DNA of 64,000 nucleotides from NCBI RefSeq assembly GCF_964204645.1, contig NC_134030.1, forward strand, positions 17,878,210 through 17,942,209. Reading direction: 5' to 3'. The stretch is from Tubulanus polymorphus (taxonomy: Eukaryota > Animalia > Nemertea). Below are positions 35,365 to 49,012 of this stretch, one piece after another. Under the pieces are notes generated by a model. That model saw nothing but the letters and a program-made list of their open reading frames with translations. It was not told the DNA's origin and did not search any database. Numbering within the stretch: position 1 is the first letter of the stretch; each line of letters begins with the position of its first letter. Position numbers and translations under genes: made by a program.

Positions 35365-37323
35365 TTAAAACGAAACATCTTGAAGAAGCGGTATAAGAAC
35401 ATGTCCATCTCTGTAAGGCAGAAACACCATTTTGCGCAAAAAGTCGGTTTTTTCCAACTTCCTCCTATTTAAGGGGATTCTTTCTAATTGTAGAATGTAT
35501 ACAATCCCTAATAATTTTGATTCGCAGGGTTTTGTGAAGAAATTCCTTGTATACTGTTTCTTCAAAATATCACATATAAAATTGGCTTGACCTCTGACCT
35601 CTTTGATAAATGCAATGTCTCCGTTATATAATAAAAAACAGGAATTTTTTTCAGAATTGGAAAGAACTGTCACATGTTTTTCGTTGTTCATTGAGGCAGT
35701 TGATTGCTCTTGTTCCTTTAGCCTTTTTGCAACCTGAATGGCTGGATTATTTGAATTTTTAACTAATTTCTTCAATGTGTGTAGATAGTTTTCAAAGGGA
35801 AATGCTGAAACTGCATGTAATGACGTTCCGAAATATTCAACATCCTCATGTAGATGAATTAACATATGCACATTGAAAACAGTGAAGTAATTACCATAAT
35901 GTATTTTGGAATTGCTCACGAAGAATTCCAAAAGCTGGCGCGCATTATCTAGGTACACAGTTCGTTTTTCATCATTTTCATCTAGCATTATATATATAGC
36001 AATAGAAAGTGACATAAAATGTATGTAAGCCTTTTGCGACAAAACTCTCTTAAGAACTACTGGACCTGTGTATATCAAGAACTGTCTTAACTCAGTGGCT
36101 TTCCACCTTTTCAATTCACTTAGACTTCTTGGCTGTCTTGCAAATTCAGAAGGCATTCTACCTTTCAATTCTAACAATCCATCAGAAACCATTTTAATCT
36201 GTTGAATGGAGAGTTTACAGATCCGTGGTCCTTTTGTTAGAAATAGCAATACGCGCCGTACAACTCCCAAGCAAACTAGATGCATGTAATCTAACGAAAA
36301 ATTGTTAACACATGATATCCCAGTACCAATAAGTGGTGATACGCCTCGTTGATGTGTACCCATGTATGCAAGTGTATTAAAATCCTCATCTGAACGTGAG
36401 GGCATTTGTCTGTCACTGAGGAAAACAACCCTTCTTTCAATATTCTGACCCTTCGCAATGCATCTTTCACATGCATAATACCCAGTATGCCCAATAGTAC
36501 ATTTTATGAAACTCCTTGCAGGGGCATCACATATAAAGACTTTGATTGAAACACTGAAGTGCTTTCCTGAATATAAAATACCATTGATTTTGATATCCTG
36601 ATATTCATCCAATAAGTCCTCTAAAAATTCTTCGACTGAGGATGGCTTCGTGGAACTACAGTAAACAGCAACAACCGCAGGATTAACGCCTGATGGCTGA
36701 GGGAAAAAACAACATAATATAGGCCACAGCTGAGTCCCACTAGATTTAAAAAGTGGCAAGCCATCAATATTTAACATTAGTTCAATAGAATTTCGTTTAG
36801 AATACTGCCTATTGCACTTGTCTAATAGGTTCAATATTGACTTTTTCAAACCAATATATAAATAACTTCCGCCACACTTTTCTATGGATGATAATTTGAC
36901 AGGACTTTGTAGTAATTTTCTGGCGTCTTTCGGAAGTTCATGATCGTGGCCATGTCTTCTGAGAATAGCAAGCAATCTGTCACAACTTGCCCGAGAAACT
37001 CTCTCTTCACACACCCACTTGGCAAGCTCATGTCTTAGTTCTACTTCTTGGTTATTTTCAGATTCACTGGATGAAAGGACATTATCACTACTATTATTAG
37101 AACTGTCAGAGTTAGAATCACTAAAAGATTCATAAAAAATATTGTTTTCTTCTGCTGAACCAAGAGCATCGACATCTGGTATAACTTCGTTATCAGAATT
37201 CTGATCTTCAGAAGGTTCGTTTAATGAATGATTATCATCAGTCAGGATTAACTCATCTTCAATGTTAGTATTGACTAATTTCTCAAGGTCTGCACGACGT
37301 TTACGCCATTTCCTTTTATCCAT
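35365..37323 (-). CDS. EnSpm/CACTA-type DDE transposase, 652 aa, intact
   Basis: NIDGLPLFKSS..QLWPIL, FICDAPAR, GHTGYYACERC, LDYMHLVCLG, WKATELRQF, SAFPFENYL. Confidence 0.93.
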   Translation of the reverse strand: MDKRKWRKRRADLEKLVNTNIEDELILTDDNHSLNEPSEDQNSDNEVIPDVDALGSAEENNIFYESFSDSNSDSSNNSSDNVLSSSESENNQEVELRHELAKWVCEERVSRASCDRLLAILRRHGHDHELPKDARKLLQSPVKLSSIEKCGGSYLYIGLKKSILNLLDKCNRQYSKRNSIELMLNIDGLPLFKSSGTQLWPILCCFFPQPSGVNPAVVAVYCSSTKPSSVEEFLEDLLDEYQDIKINGILYSGKHFSVSIKVFICDAPARSFIKCTIGHTGYYACERCIAKGQNIERRVVFLSDRQMPSRSDEDFNTLAYMGTHQRGVSPLIGTGISCVNNFSLDYMHLVCLGVVRRVLLFLTKGPRICKLSIQQIKMVSDGLLELKGRMPSEFARQPRSLSELKRWKATELRQFLIYTGPVVLKRVLSQKAYIHFMSLSIAIYIMLDENDEKRTVYLDNARQLLEFFVSNSKIHYGNYFTVFNVHMLIHLHEDVEYFGTSLHAVSAFPFENYLHTLKKLVKNSNNPAIQVAKRLKEQEQSTASMNNEKHVTVLSNSEKNSCFLLYNGDIAFIKEVRGQANFICDILKKQYTRNFFTKPCESKLLGIVYILQLERIPLNRRKLEKTDFLRKMVFLPYRDGHVLIPLLQDVSF

Positions 37324-37675
37324 AACCTATATGATAAACGATATCTGCAATGTTTGGGAGATGTTTTTTCCTGCAATATTTTGGGAGTACACATATCCCA
37401 ATACAAAACCACAATACTTATAATGGGCCACTATTTTAAAGCCGCGAGTGGAGCAAACCCAGTGCAAGCGCTCTATTGATCCACTCGAGGTTTCAAAACA
37501 GCGAGCCATTTTAAGCATCACGCTAATGCCGAGTTAACATTTATCGATAAACAAAGACAGATTTCAAATAAATTTGTATTCAAATCTGAAAGCAATAGTT
37601 ATTCTGATGAGGTAGGCCTGTGGATAAGGTGATTATCACAAAATTACAGACCGGATGGAAAGTGTCGCGCGCACA

Positions 37676-38110
37676 GGGGCTCGTATCAGAGTAAGGGTAA
37701 TGCTAAAACGATAATCTGTAAAATCCAGTATCAATAATATATATATAAAATAACAAGGGGGCTAACGACGCTCACACACTATGTACTCAACTTCGATCGC
37801 CAAATTGCTTTGACGCCAGCTTTTGTCGATTTCAAAATTTGAAACATTAAGTTCGACAAGAAATCCTTCACTGATTTTGACGATCCAGGGCTTTCTGAAC
37901 GCAGAAAAGCCTAAATTTCCACAATTACGCTGTTAGTGTTATTTGGTTCATCCACACAATTATCCAACTTTGCAAACAAGATTTATCCGATTATTAATGA
38001 ACTTCGCCGTACGTGAGCTACATTAGCTCCCTTCTTATTGTGTATACTATTGGCACTGGATTTTTACGGATTATCATTTTAGCTGTACCCCAAACTCTGA
38101 TACGAGACCC
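37676..38110. mobile_element. Nested MITE-like element with ~65-bp imperfect TIRs
   Basis: GGGGCTCGTATCAGAGT..GCTAAAACGATAATC versus GATTATCATTTTAGC..ACTCTGATACGAGACCC. Confidence 0.65.
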
Positions 38111-38295
38111 TCCGGTGGTGCCACAGACTGGAGTTGGAGAGCATGACACTGACAAACAGTAATCAACCACCACAGCAATCAGTCTGTTGTATATATGTTA
38201 CCTGGGATATTGGGGTAAAGGGTTAGGACTATTAGTATTAGCCTACTATTCTTACGATTTGTAGCCGAAACAAGGAAGAATGATTGGCGCCATTG

Positions 38296-38403
<108 letters not shown>

Positions 38404-39366
38404 CATGTGTTCTATTTTCAAGAATCGGTTGAAAATTCTAATTTAAGCATAAGTAAGTGCCTCGCGAGGGCGGGCTGCTGATGTCAACCGCAAGCATCCC
38501 TCCTCTGTGTTCTCTCAGACCGCGCTCGAGAATCCAATAAGGCAATATGGCGTCTCATTCGGTCGAAAAACAGCTCTTAACTCAGGCCCAAATATTAAAA
38601 TTTTGACCAAAAAAGTAAGTTTTTTTAGGCTAAAAGTAACTGATTTTTATTCCCCAGACCTCACTGATAAATAATATGCTAAAATAAACATTTTTGGGAG
38701 GGGGTACGAAAGTGCAATAGCGCTGAATGATATTAGGCCTCTGGACTGTACTGTTGTAGGCCTAGTTAGTATACGATGATTGGTAAATTGGACGGCGAAC
38801 AAAATTGGCAATGAATGTGGGTCTAAGGCCTAATAAAATACACTCATTTGGCTTCTCTGGTTATTCTGTGATTGGAATGTAACATTCTAAATAACATTAA
38901 AGGCATCTTACCTTAAGTTCTAGAAGTGATTAACAGAAAAGAATGAAATAAAACGTCAAGACACTGTTTCTGTTCTGCATTGACTACGGCGCGGGATTAC
39001 GTTAGAAGCAAATCACCAGAGCCGCATTGATGACGTCATGTACGCGGTACGCGTTAGTTCGAATCCCTTAATCATGAAATTTTAATTTGAAGTTCTTTTT
39101 TAAATAGCTGCACGCGAAGCACTGTCTTGACACTGCTATTCATAAAGGAAAATCAAATTGTCAATATTACTCGTGTGTTGGACATATGACGTTGATACGA
39201 CGTCTTAAAGGTTGTTTTTTTGTCAAAATGCAACAAAAAAAATGATTGGAAAAATACGACGTCACGACCACGTTGTAATCTAGTAACATCATGACAAAAC
39301 TAAATGTCAACCAAAAGACAACGTCGGATATCGGTCAGATGCCTGCTGGGTATTCGTATGTTTCAG

Positions 39367-40689
39367 GTATCTGGCTCGAGTTATACTTTGGCTTCTCGAT
39401 ATTTGTTTCCGAATACAAAGAAGACTATATTGACGTATCGTATAAATACAATCGAATTTATTGGGAAAGTTGATATTTATGAGGATAGACTAAAACTAGA
39501 AGTTTTATCAGAGACGTGCGAGAGAGCTGGATTTTATATATATGATGGTGGTGATTTTACAGCTAGACGATATGGTCCGTATTGTCCTGGTTATAAATAC
39601 GGTCGTAGCGTCGTCAGCCTGATTATATCAGGAGGACCGATTACTGTAGTAGGGTTCTCTTACACCGGTAGACCTGGAACTGGGTCACTAAAATTCATTC
39701 TTACCGATTGTGATGGGTATGTTCTACAGGAAGGAGAGAATCAGATTAGTAGGTCGTCAGACTGTCTGGCGATTACACCTGTAAACCGGCGCCTTCCTTT
39801 AAAAAGCATTTACATATTATCAGAATATGAATATCAAATTGACTCTTGTTTCCGTGGTTATCCTTCATGTGACACTATTACTGTTACAACCGAATTACTG
39901 AATAACGGTCTCATATCAAATCACCTGAGATTAAAAGGAAGTAGTTACAGATTCTGGAGTACTTCACTGTTGATTTTACTAAGACGTAAATGTTTAGGAT
40001 TGGTGCCTTTTAAAGGTTATCCGATAATTAGTTCTAAAAGCTTTGCATTCATCCCATTGATGAAGGAGGATTGTGGAGTCATACAATCACCGAACTATCC
40101 TGGATATCGCTCACAACGCAATAAATCAATACTTTATTACTCATTTCATTACGAAAGAAACCCTAGTGCATTCATCAGATTCCTGATAAAATTCATTGGA
40201 CAGACATCTTGTAGTCCTTCTGATAACCGTTATATGAGAGATCTTTTATTACTGGTACAGATAATCTGGAAATTTGGTCAGCGTGAAGCCGACCAGCGAC
40301 ACGAAACTAAAATATGTGAAAATAACGCTTTACCTGGAGTTGTCTTATACAGTCTACTCGGGTATGACTTGTATTTTGAAGTGAAAAATTATATCACAAT
40401 ATTTCAAGTACAATATTCTTTAGAACAGTCACCTTTACAAACACATCGAAAAAATGGCTGTGGATCAGGTTTTCTAGATTCTGGTGCTTCTTGTATTAGA
40501 TACGTCAGAGATGTTCGTCTAAATTGGGAGAAAGCTGAAATGTACTGTCAACAGAAATACGGAGGACATCTTCTCAGTATCAACTCTGAATATGAAATGA
40601 CGGCTATTAAAAAACTGTTCGCTACGAAACTGTTTCTGGAAGCATATTCACAGGCGGCGCTTATTGTAATGATTGGATTGAAATTGAAG
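39367..40689 (+). CDS. Exon 2 of GRL101-like receptor (CUB-like repeats, start of C-type lectin domain)
   Basis: Acceptor TTTCAG ending 39366, phase 0; CGVIQSPNYPG; NWEKAEMYCQQKYGGHLLSINS; donor GTAAAT at 40690. Confidence 0.85.
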
Positions 40690-40929
40690 GTAAATCAAAT
40701 GATAGCTCAGAAAACCTTGCAACCGTCATATTCATCTGAAAGTGATATAGAAACCTATTAATTTGACATTGGTTAACATAATTCAGACACATTATGAATT
40801 TGAGTAACATAAACTGAATTTTACGCATTAAATACCAAGAGTTAATTGTCATTTCAATCATAAATGTATGTATAAAGCCATACATCTTTTTGTAGTAGAT
40901 GAAAGAAATCGAATTTTATTTTTCAACAG

Positions 40930-43900
40930 AGTAACGGTCATTACACGTGGACTGATGGGAAACCCTTGAGTTACACAGAGTGGTTTAAACCTGCTATGGT
41001 AAACGAAACTAAACCAGAAGTTATTCAAGGATTAATATCTCCTCTACGAAAACAACCGATAAATGACGTCAACATGCCGTGTACGGCGATGATACTGAAT
41101 AATCCACGAGGTTCGGCGAACTGGGTTCGATTCCCGTGTCAAATCGAGGAGACTCGAACAACTTTCATTTGTGAAAACGACACAAATAACTACACTACTG
41201 ATTATAATCAGAAATCAAATGTTTCAGAGGAAAACGATACTTATCATATTCAGATGATTGAAAGGGTAGGCTCTACATGTCTAAGAGGATGGATTAGTAT
41301 TGAAGGAAATTGCTATCAGATACTTACAGCCTGGGATAGTAACAGATTGACAATTCGGGATGCTGAGGAAATGTGCCTTACAATCGACGGTGACATTGGT
41401 GTAATACCCCATGATGATATTATTCAAGTTTTGATACAATCACTATATTATGAATATCAATATGGTGCGATACTAGCAAAGGATATGGATAGCGGAATTG
41501 TAGCTATAAAACCTGTCTTAACCAGGAACGAAATAACTTATATCAAAACAGTCAAATGGTCAGTGACTGCCTTCGCTTTTGCCAAAGATGTAGCGCATTC
41601 CGTGCTATGTTCCTATAATGTAACTGATGAAGAGTTAGCTTCTTTAAGCGGTTGTAAATCGTGGCAGTTTAAATGTAACGACCAACGATGTATCAGCAAC
41701 CATCGCGTATGTGATACCAGAAACGACTGTCAACACGGTGAAGATGAACTCGATTGTTTGGGTTCAAACTTACGGAGTCAGTTCCACTGTTCAGATGGAC
41801 GTGTTACATCAGTGAGTAATGTTTGTGATTTTACACAAAATTGCGCTGACGGATCAGATGAGAACTCGTGCTATCATACGTTATGTTCGTCTGAACAGTT
41901 TACGTGTGACAATGGACAATGTGTGGGTAAATATAAACGATGTGATGGACTGGTTGACTGTAAAGATAAATCTGATGAGATCGGTTGCTCTTCAGATGAA
42001 TGTAACGGGTATTCGTGTGTAAATGGTGAATGTATCAGTTCTCTGTTGTATCGGGATGGTGTCGTAGATTGTGGCGGTAGCCTCGAGGAAGATGAATTTT
42101 TAACATCGAATGTTACAGTGAATCCTACAGTTCACTGCAATAATGATAACTACTGTACGACTAATTTCACAAACTTTTGTAAGGAATCTGATGAACAAAG
42201 ATGTTCTTTCGATTCTCCTCATTGTTATTCTAGACGTCATAGGTGTATCTTAGAAATGATGCCGATTGGTTACCCGGTATGTAGAAGGCTCGAACATATA
42301 CAAGGTTGTACTGATTTCCAATGTCCAGCTGGTACTGTAAAATGTCCAACATCTTACTGTATACCGATGGGACAGGTGTGCGATGGTCGATCCGATTGTC
42401 CTAATTCAGAAGACGAGCAAAACTGCGGGATTTCGTCATGTCCCGGCATGTTCAAATGTGGCCAGGAAAACCGATGTATACCTCAATCTGAAGTTTGTGA
42501 CGGTGTTGTAAATTGTAAACATAACTCGGATGATGAATCTTTCTGTGACGTCACGTGTCCACATAGTTGTAAATGTCAAGGTCATTTAGTCGATTGCAAT
42601 GATGCTGGTTTAGTAGAAATTGCCGACCTTTTCTCCGCATCAATTCGAATACTGATTGTATCAGAGAACCGAGTTGTATTCAATGAGTCCACGTTTTCAT
42701 CTTACCTCTATCTACATTTGCTCAATATTTCACGTAACAATCTGTCTTTTATTGTTCCGAACGCGTTTTCAAACCTGCATAATCTACATACATTAGATCT
42801 TAAATATAACCATATAATATCGTTGTCCGCTAATACATTCGCCGGTTTGTATCGTTTGAAAGTGCTCTTGTTTTTTGGAAATCCAGTGAGGTATTTAGAA
42901 GAAGGCAGTTTTAAAGGTTTAAAGTCAATCAGTGATCTCGATCTTCACGGACTTTCCTTATCATTTCTCGAGGGAAATGTATTTAGTGGTCTATCCGCTT
43001 TAGAGTCGTTAAATATCAGCAGTATCAGAATCAGTAATATTTCACCCAATGCATTTTCTGGATTAACAAAACTTAGAAATCTAGATCTTACTAAAAATGC
43101 GAAGCTCTTATCCGTAAATAGAAACATTTTTGACAGTCTAACCTCATTGAGTTACATGGTTTCTGACGCGTACAAATTTTGTTGCATGGTTCCGCATGTA
43201 AGACAGTGTCTCCCGGAAGCCGACCAATTTTCATCTTGTTCCGACCTGATGGGTAACACTGTTCTTAGAGCAATCGTTTGGGCGATCGCTTCATTCAGCT
43301 TTTTGTTGAACAGTGTTGTCATCTTACTTCGCGTTCAAGCGTTTCAAATTTCATCCTCAGAATCACACAACATATCCTCTGATATCCTTATCATTAATAT
43401 TGCCACCTGCGATTTTCTTATGTCGATTTATTTGTTTCTGATTGCAGGAGCCGATTATGTTTATAAAGGTGTTTATTACCTAAATTCTGAACGTTGGACA
43501 GATAGTTCATTGTGTCGACTCGCTGGGATTATAGTGACTCTCTCGTGTGAGGGATCGTTGATTTTTCTTCTCATTCTTACTCGTCAAAGATACTCGAATA
43601 TCGTTGACCCATTTTCTGGGAACCTAATCGTATCTACGAATTCAGTATCCGGAATTTGCTGTATCTGTTGGATCATTTTGGGCATCATTTCAATGCTACC
43701 GCTATCGACATCTTCCTTTTTCGGAAATAACTTTTTCGGTACAACTGGTGTTTGTCTGCCTATGAATTTACTAACCATCAATGTCCACGCCTGGCAATAC
43801 TCATTCGCAATATTTGCCGTATTTAACTCGGTCGTACTAGCTACAATAATGATGACGTATGCACAAATGTATAGACTGGTATCTGTAAGCAGGTCTGGCT

Positions 43901-44163
43901 CGGGCAGAGCTGATCCTACCGAATTGATTCTGGCACGTAGGAGTTTAGTCATAAATCTGTGTAATTTGTTTTGCTGGTTACCGATAATTGTCGTTCAGTT
44001 TTGCGCTGTATTCCGAGTAGAAATACCGAACCAAGTGGCGGCTTGGTTGGCGGTTCTTTTCCTACCGATCAACTCGTCACTGAATCCACTTCTTTACACC
44101 ATTCTCACTATCGATATGAAATCAATACGAGCTAGAGGTAAACGGGTTTGGAGAACTGGCTGA
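40930..44163 (+). CDS. Exon 3 of GRL101-like receptor (CTLD x2, LDLa repeats, LRRs, rhodopsin-type 7TM)
   Basis: Acceptor TTTCAACAG ending 40929; WTDGKPLSYTEW; repeated CD...DC.D.SDE; LxxLxLxxN; FSSCSDLM; CWLP; LPINSSLNPLLY. Confidence 0.93.
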   Translation, partial: SNGHYTWTDGKPLSYTEWFKPAMVNETKPEVIQGLISPLRKQPINDVNMPCTAMILNNPRGSANWVRFPCQIEETRTTFICENDTNNYTTDYNQKSNVSEENDTYHIQMIERVGSTCLRGWISIEGNCYQILTAWDSNRLTIRDAEEMCLTIDGDIGVIPHDDIIQVLIQSLYYEYQYGAILAKDMDSGIVAIKPVLTRNEITYIKTVKWSVTAFAFAKDVAHSVLCSYNVTDEELASLSGCKSWQFKCNDQRCISNHRVCDTRNDCQHGEDELDCLGSNLRSQFHCSDGRVTSVSNVCDFTQNCADGSDENSCYHTLCSSEQFTCDNGQCVGKYKRCDGLVDCKDKSDEIGCSSDECNGYSCVNGECISSLLYRDGVVDCGGSLEEDEFLTSNVTVNPTVHCNNDNYCTTNFTNFCKESDEQRCSFDSPHCYSRRHRCILEMMPIGYPVCRRLEHIQGCTDFQCPAGTVKCPTSYCIPMGQVCDGRSDCPNSEDEQNCGISSCPGMFKCGQENRCIPQSEVCDGVVNCKHNSDDESFCDVTCPHSCKCQGHLVDCNDAGLVEIADLFSASIRILIVSENRVVFNESTFSSYLYLHLLNISRNNLSFIVPNAFSNLHNLHTLDLKYNHIISLSANTFAGLYRLKVLLFFGNPVRYLEEGSFKGLKSISDLDLHGLSLSFLEGNVFSGLSALESLNISSIRISNISPNAFSGLTKLRNLDLTKNAKLLSVNRNIFDSLTSLSYMVSDAYKFCCMVPHVRQCLPEADQFSSCSDLMGNTVLRAIVWAIASFSFLLNSVVILLRVQAFQISSSESHNISSDILIINIATCDFLMSIYLFLIAGADYVYKGVYYLNSERWTDSSLCRLAGIIVTLSCEGSLIFLLILTRQRYSNIVDPFSGNLIVSTNSVSGICCICWIILGIISMLPLSTSSFFGNNFFGTTGVCLPMNLLTINVHAWQYSFAIFAVFNSVVLATIMMTYAQMYRLVSVSRSGSGRADPTELILARRSLVINLCNLFCWLPIIVVQFCAVFRVEIPNQVAAWLAVLFLPINSSLNPLLYTILTIDMKSIRARGKRVWRTG

Positions 44164-44871
44164 AACGAAGATGCATCGAAGATAAAATTTAATATTGGTC
44201 ATTCCACTTTCTTTGTCGTTCTCCGCCTAATAACGTTTGCCATTTTTCTCGCATGGACGACTGTATTTTAGTAAACTACACACCGGGTTGTCCCGTAAGC
44301 AGGGTGCGAGACATCTTTTTCTAATGGTGAATTATGATTCAATTTGATTTAATCATCTACATTAAGTGATTTTACAAGTTTGGATATATGGGTGCCGATA
44401 AATGTCTTTTTTAAAGAAACTGTCGCAAGTCAATGATTTTTTGCTGATACGGGAGCACTGGTTAAATAAAGTAAATCTATCTACGTTAAATATTAATAGT
44501 TTAAGCCTTCATGCCAAATCGGGTATGGATTAATCAATACCATTGAGATAGGCCCTTTGGTGGGATTGCCATATTATGGAGAAACCCCTTTGCCGTGGAT
44601 ATTATGTTGTGCAGATAGTTTAGTAGTTTAGATAAATGTGCGGAAGCTGGAGTTCATGGCCAGTGTTGTTATTGCCAGATAACGTGCGTTGATGCGTACG
44701 TCATACATAAACATAAATAGAAGTAATATAGATAAACAACTCTGGAAGTGACGTATGTGTCTACGTAGGTAAACCTAATATGGTGCGGCCATGGACTCTA
44801 ATGAGTGCAAAGGGATATTTATAGATAATTGTGACATGTGCAGATACCTCATCACCCATACATGGGGGGAA

Positions 44872-45153
44872 TGTTGTGACGTATGAAAACGTCACAATCC
44901 ATGAATTCCAAGCCATGTGTGGTAGAGGGCCTGTACACTTTACTAAAGATAAAATAATATTAAAGGGTTTAAGAAAGCTTTAGAGGGGCTGGAGAGAAGA
45001 GGTTTTAGGGAGAGCTTCGGGGAATGATCTTGTATACATCTGGTAAGAGAAAATAAACGAATAGATAGCTTAAGAAATTGTTAAGTTATATCCGGGAACC
45101 TTGTAAGAAAGTCAGGACCAAGGACTCGCAAGGAGAGATCACTATCCGGAACA
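44872..45153 (+). mobile_element. Possible remnant 3' LTR
   Basis: Polypurine GGGGGGAA directly before TGTTG..., internal AATAAA, ...AACA end; no partner LTR or TSD found. Confidence 0.3.
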
Positions 45154-45226
45154 CCACCTTCAATAGAAAAAACCAGGAAAAAACAATACGTTGAATATTA
45201 GTCAAACACCATGACTTGTTATTTGT

Positions 45227-48200
45227 ATGAAAAGCTCAGTAACTGATATACCTTGTACAAACAACAGTTGTTTGTACCTTAATGTTGCTGAGGATTCTCC
45301 TCTTGAACGGGGAAGACTATCCATCATTTCTCATAACATCAGAAGTGTCAACAAAAATTTTGACAGTTTAACTGATTTTTTGAATTGTTGTAATGGTAAA
45401 TTTTCGTTCATTGGTTTGACCGAGACTTGGACTAATTCAAATAATTCTAACTCCAATTTGTATAGAATTAACGGTTACACGAGTATTTTTAAATCCCGCG
45501 CCAATGGTCAACTTGGTGGCGGCGTAGCTCTCTTCCTAAAGGAAAATTTCAATTTCAAAGTACGGACAGACTTATCAACTAGGAATCATACTTTCGAATC
45601 TTTATTCATCGAAATTGTTTTAGATAAAAAATCCAATATTATTATTGGAGTAATATATAGACCTCCAGGAGGAATATTACCAACTTTTCAAGATGAATTT
45701 GAAGTTTTAACGGCAGAAATTACTCGCGAGAACAAACTTTGCTACCTGGTGGGGGACTTTGATATAGATCTCATGAAATATGATACGCACAAAGATACTG
45801 AAATATTTCTCGAATCTTTATTTTCTCATTCTTTTTCACCTTTGATTGACAAGCCAACTCGAGTAACTTGTGACTCGACATCCTTAATTGACAATATTTT
45901 TTGTAACGATTTGCGACATGTTCACAAATCTGGGATTTTTATGACCGACCTTTCGGATCATTACCCAATATTTACTATCTGCAGTGGTGATCAGCCTCTG
46001 TCTGACAGACAACCTTTTAAAACTAGAATTTTCTCGCAGCGCAATATTTCTAATTTCAACAGATTACTAATGAATATTAACTGGAGTGAAGTGTATTCAT
46101 CTGATAATCCCTCAGTTGCTTACACTACTTTCATTGAAAAAGTTTCTTTAGTTTTCAATCAAGTTTTCCCTCTGGTACCAGTTAATCATATTAATCCCTC
46201 ATTCCATAAACCATGGATAACTCCTGGTATTATCGCAGCAATTAAAACAAAAAACAACCTTTATAGGAAATTTGTTAGAACACGTTCAGAAAAAATAAAA
46301 TCAAAATACAACTTGTACAAAAATCTCATTTCAAAGCTTATTAACAAAGCCGAATCTAATTATTATTCTGAAAAATTGCTCGCTGCTGGAAATGATATGA
46401 AAGAAAAGTGGAAACTGTTGAACACATTTTTAGGTAGAAACATTTATTCTACAATGCCTAATTCTTTTACTTCTGATCAACGTGTTATTTCTGGTAATAT
46501 AAAAATCGCCAACGAGTTTAACAATTTTTTTGCAAATATTGGTGAAAGGCTTGCTACTCAAATCCCTGATACAGGGCAATCCTTTCATCAATATATGAAT
46601 AAACGTGTCAATGAAAGTCTATTTCTCTTTCCGACTTCACCTCATGAAATAAGTGATGTGGTCTCGGGTTTCCCCTTAAAGAAGAGTGCCGGTGTCGATG
46701 GTTTGAGTATTTTTGTTATAAAACAGGTGATTGACATCATTAAGTTCCCTTTATCCCATATCTTTAACCGTAGTCTTCAGACTGGAATAGTTCCCAATGA
46801 ACTCAAAATTGCGAAAGTTTGTCCTTTGTTTAAATCCGGAGCCCCTAATTCTTTAAATAATTATCGACCCATATCTTTGCTTCCTAGCTTCTCAAAAATT
46901 CTGGAAAAACTAGTTTACAACATATTGGTTTCCTTTTGTAACAAACAGGATATTGTAATCCCCGACCAGTTTGGCTTTCGTTCAAAACATTCAACAGATT
47001 TGGCATTAACCAAGGTTGTTGATAATCTTTCTGAAGCCTTGGAAAATAAGAATATTACTATTGGATTATTCTTGGACCTGTCTAAGGCATTCGACACCGT
47101 TAAACCGTGACATTTTGTTAATGAAGCTTGATTATTACGGAATCCGAGGTGTTCCTCATGATTGGTTTAAAAGCTACCTGACTGACAGGAGTCAAGTTTT
47201 AAGTTTCAACAATACCTTATCGTCTCCATTAAATATATCAATTGGTGTACCCCAGGGTTCTATTCTAGGCCCTTTGCTCTTTTTATTATACGTTAACGAT
47301 TGCGTTAATGCGTCAAAATTACTCCATTTTATCCTCTTTGCCGATGACACGAATTGTTTTTATAGTAACTCTAATATCAAAGAATCGGTTTCCATAGTAA
47401 ATTCTGAACTGGCGAAACTTGGCATCTGGTATCAAGTAAACAAACTTTCAATAAATATTGCGAAATGCCACTTTATGATTTTTGGTCGTGTAGATCACTT
47501 TAATTCTTCCATTTGGTTAAATGGAGAATTAATCAAACGTGTACATAGTACGAATTTTCTTGGTCTTTTTATAGATGACAAATTAAATTGGGATGTCCAT
47601 ATCAAATATGTCTGCAGTAAAGTGTCACGCTCCATTGGAATTTTAACCAGATTAAAAAAGCATTTCCCATCAAAAATCCTTATAACCCTTTATTATAGTT
47701 TTGTTTATCCTCATTTACAATATTGTAATTTAATCTGGGGAAGTAATTATGCAAACAAGCTTAATCCACTAATTTTACTACAAAAAAGAGCAGTAAGAAT
47801 AGTTAATAAGTCTCATTTCCTAGAACACACTGACCCTATCTTCAAGAAATTGAATATCCTAAAATTTAGACATATTACAAAATTTCAATTAAGTCTATTT
47901 ATGTTCAAATTCAATAATTCAAAATTGCTTAATTCCTTTAATCGGTATTTCAAAAAGAATGTTGATATACACTCGTATTCAACCAGAAATATGAATTCTT
48001 TTCGTCTTGCCAGATTTCGGACTAACAAAACAGAATTCACAGTAAAAATTTCTGGTCCTGTTGTCTGGAATAATTTGCCAAAAAGTTTAAAACAACTGTC
48101 GTGTATAGATACTTTCAAAAGAAAACTTAAATTGTATCTAATGAATTTGTAATTAATCTGTCTGTATCTGTCATCTATTACCAGATTGTAAGAGTGAATG

Positions 48201-48436
48201 AAAGATAGTGTGATTGACCGCCTGAGTGACTACGTGTGTGGGTGCATGTTGGGTGAAGGTGTATGACTGCATGTGTGTATGAGTTGAGTGAATCGGTGTA
48301 TGCTAGGGGATTAGAGATTTTATAAGCTTTCATTGGCTTCATCTAATCTCCTCCACATTATATTAAAACATTTCATATTTGTATATCTCTTTATGACATG
48401 TTGTAATTTTATTGTGGAAATAAATTTATTATTATT
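45227..48436 (+). mobile_element. CR1/L2-group LINE: APE endonuclease + reverse transcriptase ORF (45227-48152) with one frameshift near 47100
   Basis: LTETW, YRPP, GDF, SDHYP, NYRPISLL, DLSKAFD, GVPQGSILGP, FADDT; 3' AATAAA(TTA)n tail. Confidence 0.95.
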
Positions 48437-49012
48437 CATAAATCGTCCAGAGAAATCATTACCACAACACTGGTAGATATACGCAACCACAACAATAAAA
48501 CCGATTGATATTCTGTCTTGTCTAGACGTGCTTGTGCTGTACGAATTATTGACAATTCTTCTGCTGACTCATTCTGGCTAATGTGGACATGCCATGTGAC
48601 ACCACATACGATCAAAATAATGTTGACGAATTATCTGATATTCTGTTACAAATTTCTGAGTCTACCACTGCAAAATTCCCACTGATGCATGCATTTGATC
48701 GAACCCTGGGTGTACTGACCATTGCTCTCCGCCTTATTCTCTGGCACAACTTATGGAAGGCTTACGACTGTCCTATCGATGGCATTATTGCTGATATACG
48801 GCGTGATACCCGGCAAAAATATCATTTAGTAGACAATTATGTTAAACCCAAGAAACTCACTCATCCCAAAGATTTGCAGAAGCCCCCAGCTCTAATAAGT
48901 CCAGGGATTTCTGGACTGAAGTTAAAAACATTCGAGCAAGCAAAAGGACACGTACGACGTCTATAGACGGCTTGGTTGGTTTGGTTGAAATTTCTAATTT
49001 ATTGTATATTTA

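Noticed and set aside
39304-39366. N-terminus of the 485-aa ORF as a real start
   Set aside because: Lies in the transposon end and intron; a phase-compatible acceptor at 39366 explains the ORF as an internal exon
48583-48966. 127-aa ORF after the LINE
   Set aside because: GTG start; reads like a decayed retroelement fragment; not assignable with confidence
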